From positions 47,556 to 111,555 of the forward strand of contig CALIUO010000007.1 in the NCBI GenBank assembly GCA_938048695.1: DNA of 64,000 nucleotides. Reading direction: 5' to 3'. Below the pieces are notes generated by a model. The model saw nothing but the letters and a program-made list of their open reading frames with translations. It made no database searches and was not told the DNA's origin. Positions 39,562-49,332 of this stretch are shown here, piece by piece; position 1 is the first letter of the stretch; every line of letters starts with the position of its first letter. A program made the position numbers and the translations under genes. The DNA is from an uncultured SAR86 cluster bacterium. Lineage in GTDB: Bacteria; Pseudomonadota; Gammaproteobacteria; Magnimaribacterales; Magnimaribacteraceae.

Positions 39562-40080
39562 CTAATAACTTTCAGGCCAATCAACTAATATCAGACCTTC
39601 ATCTAAGTTAATTTCTTTGATAACTTCTGGTTTTACATAAGGCAGAAGCCTTTCCCCATCATCAACACTATCTTCAGTGCTTTCAATGACAAGAACTTCA
39701 TTAGACTTAGTTCCAAAAGTGCGCTTGACCATGCCGAGGGTTCTATTCTCTAAGTTCTTAACTACTAGACCTTCTAATTGGTAAAGGTAATATTCTCCTT
39801 CATCTAGAGAAGGAAGATCGGTTTCGTTAATATAAACTTCTTTATTCCGAAGATTCTCAACTAAATTACGATCATTAATTCCTACTAGTTTTATAATTAA
39901 TCTATCAGCTTTTTGTTGAACTCTGTCTAATTTGAATGAGCCGTGATCCTGGATTTGCAATTTTTCATAGATCTGTAAATTTGATAAATCTTGTCCATAG
40001 TAATGAAAATAGACATAACCTTTTATGCCATGTGGTTTGCCTAGCTTTCCTATTAGGATTTTTCGGTCACTGGACCGCAT
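39562..40080 (-). CDS. rimM: Ribosome maturation factor RimM
   Basis: IGKLGKPHGIKG, EYYLYQLEG, LLPY; operon position. Confidence 0.93.
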   Translation of the reverse strand: MRSSDRKILIGKLGKPHGIKGYVYFHYYGQDLSNLQIYEKLQIQDHGSFKLDRVQQKADRLIIKLVGINDRNLVENLRNKEVYINETDLPSLDEGEYYLYQLEGLVVKNLENRTLGMVKRTFGTKSNEVLVIESTEDSVDDGERLLPYVKPEVIKEINLDEGLILVDWPESY

Positions 40081-40096
40081 AAGAAACTACAGAGAA

Positions 40097-40564
40097 TTAA
40101 GAATCTTTTTCTTTATCCTCTGATTCCTCTGCTGGAGCTGCTTCTTCTGCTGGAGCCGCTTCTTCTGCTGGAGCCGCTTCTTCTGCTGGAGCTGCTTCTT
40201 CTGCTGGAGCTGCTTCTTCTGCTGGAGCTGCTTCTGCTGGTTCTTTTTCAGCTAACTTTTTAGCAAGCTTTTTTTGACGTTTTATTTCTCTAGTAGCCAA
40301 TCTTTTTTCAGCTTGCTCTGGTGTTTCTTTGTTTTGTTTAAGGAGATTCAATACTCTGTCACTGGGCTGTGCACCTTGACCAATCCAGTAGTCAATTCTT
40401 TCTAAATCTAATTCCAGTCTCACTTCTTGACCTGAAGCTATAGGATTATAGTATCCAACTCTTTCTACGAACCTTCCGTCTCTAGGCATACGAGAATCAG
40501 CCACGCTTACATGATAAAAGGGTCTCTTTTTTGCTCCAGATCGAGCTAATCTAATTGTTAACAT
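40097..40564 (-). CDS. rpsP: 30S ribosomal protein S16 with acidic repeat tail
   Basis: [39 protein letters not shown]. Confidence 0.97.
   Translation of the reverse strand: MLTIRLARSGAKKRPFYHVSVADSRMPRDGRFVERVGYYNPIASGQEVRLELDLERIDYWIGQGAQPSDRVLNLLKQNKETPEQAEKRLATREIKRQKKLAKKLAEKEPAEAAPAEEAAPAEEAAPAEEAAPAEEAAPAEEAAPAEESEDKEKDS
40131..40235 (-). repeat. 18-bp in-frame tandem repeat encoding (AAPAEE)n in rpsP
   Basis: Five full copies and one partial copy of GCTGGAGC(T/C)GCTTCTTCT. Confidence 0.95.
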
Positions 40565-40602
40565 TTATAAATATCTAATGAGTAATCTCTAAAAAGGCGC
40601 CT

Positions 40603-40630
40603 ATTCTAGTGCATAAGCCACCTGTTTCAA
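40603..40630 (-). promoter_or_regulatory. rpsP operon promoter
   Basis: TTGAAA-N16-TAGAAT, then GC-rich discriminator AGGCGCC. Confidence 0.65.
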
Positions 40631-40753
40631 GGAAAATTTGTATCTTTATTGCAATGAAAGAGCAACAAATGGTTATAATGACGGCTTTGAAGTTATATTT
40701 ATATTACTTGAACATACTTTTCACATCTCAAATCCTGTTAAGGATATATTAAA

Positions 40754-42031
40754 TTGAGCGAAATACCCCTTTGGATCCTCTTGGCGGCAATAGCATTTCT
40801 TGTGCTTATGTCTGCATTCTTCTCTGGTTCTGAAACTAGCATGATGGCTATCAACCGCTATCGATTGAAACACCTTGTTAAAGAAAAGAATAAATCTGCT
40901 AAAAGAGTATCAAAGCTTATAGAGAGAACTGATAGGCTGCTTGGAGTTATTTTAATTGGAAATAACTTCACACATACACTTTCTACTGCGCTGGCAACTG
41001 TAGTGGCAATTAGAATATGGAGTGATAGTGCCGTTCTAGCGGTAACGGTGTTCATGACTATCGTCATGATCATATTTGCTGAAGTGATGCCTAAAACTAT
41101 AGCTGCCCTCAAACCTGAAAGTATTGCCTTCCCTGCTTCTTACATACTAAAGCCCTTGTCCAAGGCCTTGAGTCCTTTAATTACATTGGTTAGTTTTGTA
41201 TCAAATGGTGTAACCAGATTGATTGGTATTGATCTGGACAGTGCCGATAAAGATGAACTAAGACCTGAAGAACTCCGGACTCTTCTGCAAAGTTCAGGTG
41301 TTCCAAAAAGGCAAGAAGAGATGTTGATGGGTATTTTTGATATGGATTACCTCTCTGTTAACGACGTGATGATCCCAAAAAATGAAATAATCGGAATCGA
41401 TTTAAGTGATGGCATGGAAGAAATTTTGAGTCAGTTACAAAACATAGACTTCACATACATTCCTTGCTATGAGGACTCTATTGATAATATCCTAGGTTTT
41501 TTATCTGTGAATAAAAAAGCAGATTTTTTAGGAAACAATATACAGACTATTGATAATCTAAAGTCTGAACTAAGAGAACCCTTATTTGTTCCGGAAAATA
41601 CTCCGCTTTATAAACAATTAGCTAATTTTCAATCTTCTGGACGGAGAGTAGGTTTAATAGTAGATGAATATGGCGATATAGAAGGCATTATAACTCTCAG
41701 GGCTATCTTAGAAATTATTGTCGGAGAAATAACAACAGAATCTATAGAAAAAATGGATATCATGCCTCAAGCAGATGGAACTTATCTTATTGAAGGTGGA
41801 ATGATGGTTAGGGATTTGAATAAAAGACTTGGATGGGATTTACCAACAGAAGGTCCTAAAACTTTAAGTGGACTTATTCTTGAAGAAATTCAGACTATAC
41901 CTGACACCAACATTGGTTTAACAATAGAAGGTTATAGAATTGAAACAGTTCTCATAAAAGACAATGTTATTAAATTAGCTAAGTTAGAGAAAATAGAAAA
42001 CAACAATGAACCAGATGAGGAGCAAGAATGA
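40754..42031 (+). CDS. HlyC/CorC (CNNM, DUF21-CBS-CorC) family transporter, YfjD-like
   Basis: SAFFSGSETS, LIGNN, FAEVMPKT, IVDEYGDIEG; TTG start. Confidence 0.9.
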   Translation: MSEIPLWILLAAIAFLVLMSAFFSGSETSMMAINRYRLKHLVKEKNKSAKRVSKLIERTDRLLGVILIGNNFTHTLSTALATVVAIRIWSDSAVLAVTVFMTIVMIIFAEVMPKTIAALKPESIAFPASYILKPLSKALSPLITLVSFVSNGVTRLIGIDLDSADKDELRPEELRTLLQSSGVPKRQEEMLMGIFDMDYLSVNDVMIPKNEIIGIDLSDGMEEILSQLQNIDFTYIPCYEDSIDNILGFLSVNKKADFLGNNIQTIDNLKSELREPLFVPENTPLYKQLANFQSSGRRVGLIVDEYGDIEGIITLRAILEIIVGEITTESIEKMDIMPQADGTYLIEGGMMVRDLNKRLGWDLPTEGPKTLSGLILEEIQTIPDTNIGLTIEGYRIETVLIKDNVIKLAKLEKIENNNEPDEEQE

Positions 42032-43116
42032 TAAATGAATTTTGGAATCTTGTAGTGGAGACATGGGAACAAGGCATAAGAGGAATAGGAATAGATAACT
42101 TAATTATTTGTCTGGCCATTTTTATAGGATCTCTAGTAGCCAGATCGCTCATGAACACCTATCTTCTCGACAAAATTGCTAGCTTTACTGAAAAATCGGA
42201 AACTACTTTAGATGATGAAATAATTGAATCATTGAGAGGTCCTTTTGGCTTAATTCCAATAGCTTTCGGACTATATCTAATTACATCTTATTTGCCTTTC
42301 AGTGGATCATTAGATCTATTGGCAACTAATTTAGTTAAAATGTTGGTTGTTTATACCATCTTTAGTGCTCTAGCTAACTTAACTAAGCCATTACTTAATT
42401 TATTAAGCGATACTTCTTGGCTAACGCCGGCAATGACAACTTGGCTTAGCAGAGTTGCTGGAGTGTTGATTTGGTTGGTGGGTATCACAATGATGCTTGA
42501 TATATGGGGCATAGAAATTGGCCCTATTATTGCTGGTCTAGGTCTCTTCTCAGTAGCTGTAGCTTTAGGTGCTCAAGATATGTTTAAAAATATTATTGCG
42601 GGTATTTTTATTCTAAGTGAAAAGAGATTTCAACCTGGAGATAGAATAAGAATTGGAGATGGACTTCATGGAATAGTGGAGTCAATAAATTTTAGATCTA
42701 CTCAGGTCAGGCTATTGGATACATCTCCTGTATTTGTTCCAAATACAGATCTTTCAGATTCTCAGGTGATAAATCATCAAGATATGAGCTACAGGAGAAT
42801 CTTCTGGACCGTAAATCTGGTTTACAGCACAAAAGCCGAACAGCTTGAAAACATTTGCAAAGAGATAGAAGAATACATAAATAATAGTGAAAATTTTGTC
42901 CAAAACCCAGGTCAAGAAAATTTTGTCAGAGTAACCGAATTAGGGTCTAGTTCGATCGATTTAACTATATTGTGTTATATGGATGTGATTAGTTACACTC
43001 AATTTTCTCAAGTTAAGCAAGAGTTAATATTCAATATCATGCGTGTTGTTGAGAAGCATAATTCAGAATTTGCCTTCCCTAGCAGGTCAATTTATATCGA
43101 GAATCAAGACTCTTAA
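42028..43116 (+). CDS. MscS-family mechanosensitive channel
   Basis: AGLGLFSVAVALGAQD, FQPGDRI, RSTQVR, FAFPSR. Confidence 0.92.
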   Translation: MINEFWNLVVETWEQGIRGIGIDNLIICLAIFIGSLVARSLMNTYLLDKIASFTEKSETTLDDEIIESLRGPFGLIPIAFGLYLITSYLPFSGSLDLLATNLVKMLVVYTIFSALANLTKPLLNLLSDTSWLTPAMTTWLSRVAGVLIWLVGITMMLDIWGIEIGPIIAGLGLFSVAVALGAQDMFKNIIAGIFILSEKRFQPGDRIRIGDGLHGIVESINFRSTQVRLLDTSPVFVPNTDLSDSQVINHQDMSYRRIFWTVNLVYSTKAEQLENICKEIEEYINNSENFVQNPGQENFVRVTELGSSSIDLTILCYMDVISYTQFSQVKQELIFNIMRVVEKHNSEFAFPSRSIYIENQDS

Positions 43117-43140
43117 GAGCTAAGCAAAAGATAATGCATA

Positions 43141-43629
43141 TTATCTAAAAGCTATAGGGAAACGAAGCATGTCAGTGAATGGTTTGATATGCTCTTTACT
43201 CTTATTAATTATATTGTTTGAAGCTAATAAAAGAGCCCTTTCGTGATCTCCCATAAACTTAGCTAGCCAGATACATTCTTTATCTTCTTCAGTTATTAGA
43301 GTTGCTAGTTCTTCGTATTGAGGCAAGTAAATGCTCTCAACAGAATTTTTAATGTTAAGAATGAGGTCTTCAAAAGAGATTTCCTGAAAGGTTTGACCGA
43401 TTTTGATTCCTTGTTGTCTAGATAGGGGGTTTTCTTCTATGGGCAACCCTAATCTCATTAAAGTTGGTCTCATGATCGCTTTAGCTTCTGTTTCTAACTG
43501 CAACATTGAAGCAAATATAAATCTCTCTTCTTCATTTCTTGCATTTTTAAGCAGTGCTTCAAATATGATCTCTCCAGTTTGTTCGGCGCGATAAACCTCT
43601 AATAGACATTCTTTAAATTTATCATGCAT
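43141..43629 (-). CDS. Hypothetical helical protein, possibly ferritin-like
   Basis: 162-aa ORF with SD-like AAGGAG upstream; helical pattern with E/H residues (AEQTGE, QLETEAK, DHERAL). Confidence 0.65.
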   Translation of the reverse strand: MHDKFKECLLEVYRAEQTGEIIFEALLKNARNEEERFIFASMLQLETEAKAIMRPTLMRLGLPIEENPLSRQQGIKIGQTFQEISFEDLILNIKNSVESIYLPQYEELATLITEEDKECIWLAKFMGDHERALLLASNNIINKSKEHIKPFTDMLRFPIAFR

Positions 43630-43663
43630 AGGAGTTCTCCTTTAGATATCAAGATTTTTTATC

Positions 43664-43692
43664 AAAAAAAAGGGGCCAATGCCCCTTTTTTT
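43664..43692 (-). terminator. Intrinsic terminator after the PuuD-like gene
   Basis: A-tract-GGGGC-CAAT-GCCCC-T7 on the + strand (U-tracts both ways). Confidence 0.85.
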
Positions 43693-43702
43693 AACTTGTC
43701 AT

Positions 43703-44338
43703 TTAAAGGTAATAAGCGACGCTCGATAAAGCAATACAAAGGACAAAGCTAGAAACTATTACACTTCGCACAGAAGTAATCGCAGGTAACATTTTTCCCC
43801 ATATTGCGTTTGCTTCTATCGCAAAAATCACAGCCAGTCCAACTAAAAGACCTGTCATTTCTAGATTAGCTCCAAGTATTTGTCCAGATGCTGGATAGTG
43901 TGCTGAAGCCACCATGAAATACAACATTCCTACTGAGAAAAGTGTATTCGTCCTTGAAGCTAGCGCAGCTTTTGGACCTGCAGTAGCTGCATCACCTTCT
44001 TTTAAACCAATAACAATTTTTTGATTAGGCCATATTATTCCCCATACATTGAGCATCATCAATGTACCCATTACAGCTCCCAATATAATTTCTAGCGTTA
44101 TCTTGACAGAAATGTAATGCAATAATGCAAGGCCAGTTAAGAAAGTTAAGAATGCTGCCCATCTAAACCACCAAAGTGCTCTTGGCGCTAATTTTGCAAC
44201 TGCATCCTTTCTTGCATCTTCCTCTGCTTCTTTGAAATACTCAGTCTGCACAAAGTTGAAGTAGTACAGAAGTCCGATCCAGGTAATACCTACTAGGATG
44301 TGACCAAATCTAAATAACATATTAAATAACTCGTCCAT
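43703..44338 (-). CDS. Membrane protein of the urate hydroxylase PuuD N-terminal (Urate_ox_N) family, no cytochrome c domain
   Basis: RFGHILVGITWIGLLYYFNFVQ, PRALWWFRWAA, NVWGIIWPNQK, ASRTNT. Confidence 0.75.
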   Translation of the reverse strand: MDELFNMLFRFGHILVGITWIGLLYYFNFVQTEYFKEAEEDARKDAVAKLAPRALWWFRWAAFLTFLTGLALLHYISVKITLEIILGAVMGTLMMLNVWGIIWPNQKIVIGLKEGDAATAGPKAALASRTNTLFSVGMLYFMVASAHYPASGQILGANLEMTGLLVGLAVIFAIEANAIWGKMLPAITSVRSVIVSSFVLCIALSSVAYYL

Positions 44339-44404
44339 AAACCCTCCCTATTGATTTGAATGATACCTAAATTATAAACACTTATAAATTATTTGTTCTA
44401 GAAA

Positions 44405-44432
44405 AGAAAAAAGCCCCTAAGGGCTTTTCTCT
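44405..44432 (-). terminator. groEL terminator
   Basis: AGAAAAAAGCCC-CTAA-GGGCTTTTCT. Confidence 0.8.
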
Positions 44433-44446
44433 TCGTAACATGATTA

Positions 44447-46111
<1,665 letters not shown>

Positions 46112-46119
46112 TTACTATA

Positions 46120-46413
46120 TTAGTTTTCTAAAACACCAAGAATGTCTTGTTCGTTAAGAATAACAAGCTCATCCCCATCAATTTTAACCGTATTACTACC
46201 GGCGTATTGTCCGAATACAACTAAGTCGCCTTCGTTCACTGCAACAGCTTGCGCTTCGCCGTTATCTAAAGTTTTTCCAGGCCCTACAGCTACGACTTCG
46301 CCCTGTGAAGGTTTTTCAGCTGCTGATCCAGGTAGAACAATTCCACCTTCGGTGGTTTGTTCCTCATCAGTGCGTCTAACTAAAACGCGATCTGCCAATG
46401 GTCTAAATTTCAT
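46120..46413 (-). CDS. groS: Co-chaperonin GroES
   Basis: [27 protein letters not shown]. Confidence 0.98.
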   Translation of the reverse strand: MKFRPLADRVLVRRTDEEQTTEGGIVLPGSAAEKPSQGEVVAVGPGKTLDNGEAQAVAVNEGDLVVFGQYAGSNTVKIDGDELVILNEQDILGVLEN

Positions 46414-46468
46414 CTGGTTTCTCCAAAAATTTATTTAAAATTTAAATTGTTTCTACGAAAGGCTCGCC

Positions 46469-46496
46469 ATTCTAATCAGTTGAAATCACACGTCAA
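46469..46496 (-). promoter_or_regulatory. sigma70-type groESL promoter
   Basis: TTGACG-N16-TAGAAT-GGCGAGCC. Confidence 0.6.
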
Positions 46497-46534
46497 TGCT
46501 GTTTTAGAGTTAGCTATAACCTCTCACACAACAT

Positions 46535-46562
46535 ATATTGGGATTTTTAAACTTTTTTCAAG
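46535..46562 (-). promoter_or_regulatory. sigma32 heat-shock promoter of groESL
   Basis: CTTGAA-N14-CCCAATAT, close to the CTTGAA..CCCCATNT consensus. Confidence 0.75.
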
Positions 46563-46572
46563 TCTTATGGTG

Positions 46573-46995
46573 TTATTTATCTTTTTTAAATTCTCCCTCT
46601 ATCCAGTCATCACGAGTATTTTGACTAGACCTCTTTCGATATATTGGGCTTATTGAATTGAATAATAAACCTAGAAAAAATATTCTTGTTAAAGGCAAAA
46701 GGATTAATATTCCCAAACAATCAGTTATAAACCCTGGAATCAAAAGAAAAAATCCGCCAATTGGTGTAAATAAAGTTTTTAAGAAGTTATCTGGGGTGGG
46801 TTCAAAGCTTGTACTTTGGGTTCTTATATCTAGTAAAGTTTTAATACCCTGATTTCTAAGGAGATAAATACCTATTATCCCCGAAAGGATAATCCAAAAA
46901 ATCGTGTTAAAAGCTCCAAAATAGCCTCCCAAAACAATAAGAGCGTATATTTCTATAAACGGGAAGATTAGTAAAAATAGTAAAAAATATCTCAT
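46573..46995 (-). CDS. fxsA: FxsA family membrane protein
   Basis: PFIEIY, RNQG, LLIPGFITD, IEGEF; fxsA-groES synteny. Confidence 0.9.
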   Translation of the reverse strand: MRYFLLFLLIFPFIEIYALIVLGGYFGAFNTIFWIILSGIIGIYLLRNQGIKTLLDIRTQSTSFEPTPDNFLKTLFTPIGGFFLLIPGFITDCLGILILLPLTRIFFLGLLFNSISPIYRKRSSQNTRDDWIEGEFKKDK

Positions 46996-47336
46996 TTTGA
47001 AGTCTTAACATATATTTTTGGGGCAAAATATAAATAAACAAGTATTCCCAGTAAATCACTTAAAAAGTCTAAACTTTCGGCTGATCTATAAGGTAAAAAA
47101 TATTGAATAAACTCAATAGATCCAGCATAGGCAATTAAGAAAAATATAGAATACTTTTGTGAGCTGATGGGCTCTCTTAGGGAGGCATCTAGAAGAAAGG
47201 TCAGAAATAAAAAGGCTGAAAAATGAAGAAACTTATCGAGATAAAGAATAGATCCATCAGAATTAGAGGGGGTAAAGGCGAAGAAGCTGATAAAAATAAA
47301 TGTTAAAACAAAGATAGTTCTATAGATGTAAATCAT
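46992..47336 (-). CDS. VanZ-family membrane protein
   Basis: DKFLHFSAF, IEFIQYFLPYRSAE..D..SD.LG; start at the TAATG overlap with the ampG stop (47336). Confidence 0.8.
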   Translation of the reverse strand: MIYIYRTIFVLTFIFISFFAFTPSNSDGSILYLDKFLHFSAFLFLTFLLDASLREPISSQKYSIFFLIAYAGSIEFIQYFLPYRSAESLDFLSDLLGILVYLYFAPKIYVKTSK

Positions 47337-48565
47337 TAACGCTCTCTTTTCATATAATAAAGGAGCAATAAAATACTGGGTACAGTTAACAAAGTTGTGA
47401 ATATAAAGAAGCACATCCAACCGTATTCTGTACCGTAAATAGACTTGAAAAAGCTTGCTATTAACCCGGAAAAACCACTGAATATTTTTCCTGGGAGCAT
47501 CATAAAAGAAGTAAGCAATGCGTACTGAACAGCAGTGTATTTTTTTGAAACTAGGCTTGTGAGGAAAGTTATATTGGCAGTTCCAACCACACCTGCAGCT
47601 AAACTATCTGCTCCGACAACTAAACCTAGTAGTGATAGGTCTTTGTCGAGTAATGCTACTAACGAAAAGGCTAGGTTCGTAATCAAAACTAGCAAAGCGC
47701 CGATGATTAATGTGATTTTTACACCCAATTTTTTTACTAATAGACCACCCAAAAAGAAACCTAATATAGAAGCCATCACTGCGACGACTTTAACCACGTA
47801 ACCTATTTCTTTTAGGGTATACCCTTTTTCTAAATAAAAAGGACTAGCCATGGGGCCCATAACAATATCAGTCAGACGATAAGTGGCAACTATCATAAGA
47901 AGAAATGAAGCGAAAAATAAGCCAAAACGAGATATGAAATCTTTTAGTGGCAAGATAATAGAATTTTGAAGAGTGAGTTTTTGAAGGCTATCATTCACTC
48001 CTTCGGGACATATCAAGACACCAATTACGCCAATTAACATCAAAAATGCCATCAACTGGTAAGTTGAGCTCCACCCATAATCTGAAGCAAAAATTAAAGC
48101 AAATGAGCTTGATACAAGTATAGCCATTCTGTAGCCAAACTGATAACTTGCTGCTAAGTTGCCTTGCTGATTCAGTTCTGCCAGTTCAATCCTAAATGCA
48201 TCAATAGCAATATCTTGTATAGAGCCTGAGAAAGCTACAAGAAAGGCTATAAATGCAAAAAAATATAAACTTTCTAAAGGATTGACTATAGAAAGAAGCA
48301 ATAGACAGATTGCAATTAAGATCTGAGAAGATAGGATCCAACTCTTTCGAAATCCCAGACGATTTAAAATGGGTATTGAAAAATTGTCAATTAAAGGTGC
48401 CCAAAGAAACTTTAAAGAGTAAGTTAATACTATCCACGCAAAAAAACCAATTAAAGACAACTCTATACCTATATCAGCTAACCATACCCCAAGCGTTGAA
48501 AAAATAAGAATATAAGGCAGCCCAGAGGAAAAACCGAGGCTACCAATTGTTATATTCTTCAACAT
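47336..48565 (-). CDS. ampG: AmpG-family muropeptide MFS transporter
   Basis: LGFSSGLP, LKFLWAPLID, RKSW, QDIAIDAFRIE, YTAVQYALLTS. Confidence 0.9.
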   Translation of the reverse strand: MLKNITIGSLGFSSGLPYILIFSTLGVWLADIGIELSLIGFFAWIVLTYSLKFLWAPLIDNFSIPILNRLGFRKSWILSSQILIAICLLLLSIVNPLESLYFFAFIAFLVAFSGSIQDIAIDAFRIELAELNQQGNLAASYQFGYRMAILVSSSFALIFASDYGWSSTYQLMAFLMLIGVIGVLICPEGVNDSLQKLTLQNSIILPLKDFISRFGLFFASFLLMIVATYRLTDIVMGPMASPFYLEKGYTLKEIGYVVKVVAVMASILGFFLGGLLVKKLGVKITLIIGALLVLITNLAFSLVALLDKDLSLLGLVVGADSLAAGVVGTANITFLTSLVSKKYTAVQYALLTSFMMLPGKIFSGFSGLIASFFKSIYGTEYGWMCFFIFTTLLTVPSILLLLYYMKRER

Positions 48566-48571
48566 GAATTA

Positions 48572-49054
48572 TTAGTCTCTAAAATTTACAAACTGAAGAG
48601 GTATATCGTAATTTTGATCTTTAACCAATTGAATGATAGCTTGCAGTTCGTCTCTTTTCTTTCCAGTTATCCTTACACTGTCTCCTTGGATAGATGCTTG
48701 GGTCTTCGATTTAGACTGTTTGACTAACGCAGTTATCTTTTTTGCTAACTCCTTATCAATACCCTCTTGTAGATCTATATTCTGTTGAGCAGTTCCTCCA
48801 GAGACTTCAATGCCTTGTGGTTTTAAGCTTTTTAGGTCGATTCCTCTCTTAGCAAGAGATTCATTTAAAACTGGAGACATTTGATGAATTTGAAACTCTT
48901 CGTTAGCGGATAAATTAATTTGCTTTTCACCTACAGAAAATTGCGCTCCAGTGCCCTTGAAGTCAAATCTATTTTGCAGAACTCTATTTGCTTGATCTAC
49001 CGCGTTCGTTAACTCATGATGATCGAGCTCTGATTTAATATCAAAAGATGCCAT
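48572..49054 (-). CDS. yajQ: YajQ family nucleotide-binding protein
   Basis: MASFDI.SE, NAVDQANR, RFDFKG, RITGKKRDELQ, LQFVNFRD. Confidence 0.95.
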   Translation of the reverse strand: MASFDIKSELDHHELTNAVDQANRVLQNRFDFKGTGAQFSVGEKQINLSANEEFQIHQMSPVLNESLAKRGIDLKSLKPQGIEVSGGTAQQNIDLQEGIDKELAKKITALVKQSKSKTQASIQGDSVRITGKKRDELQAIIQLVKDQNYDIPLQFVNFRD

Positions 49055-49146
49055 ATTACCTTTCCTCCATATATTTAATTTTAAGTTTAAGCCCTCAACA
49101 GAAACAAAAAAAGTAATTAATAAAAATTAAAAAGTGTATGATTCAA

Positions 49147-49300
49147 GCTGGTGCCCTAAAAAGGGTTAAACGGGAAACTGGTGAATAGATAATCCAGTGC
49201 TGCCCTCGCAACGGTAAATAGAAGATTTTTAACATATGTCACTGTGAAAACGGGAAGGCGTTAGAAATTACTTAAATTCTTAAGCCCGGATACCGGCCAA
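49147..49300 (+). ncRNA. Cobalamin (B12) riboswitch
   Basis: GGTGCCC...TTAAACGGGAAACTGGTG...AATCCAGTGCTGCCCTCGCAACGGTAA...GTCACTG...GGGAAGGC...AAGCCCGGATACCGGCC, directly upstream of a TonB-dependent receptor. Confidence 0.93.
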
Positions 49301-49332
49301 AAACATATTAACTTAATTACGAAGGGTGATTT

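Noticed and set aside
40131-40235. CRISPR-like repeat array
   Set aside because: Contiguous in-frame 18-bp coding repeats with no spacers and no cas genes.
46497-46530. CIRCE element before groES
   Set aside because: Does not match TTAGCACTC-N9-GAGTGCTAA.
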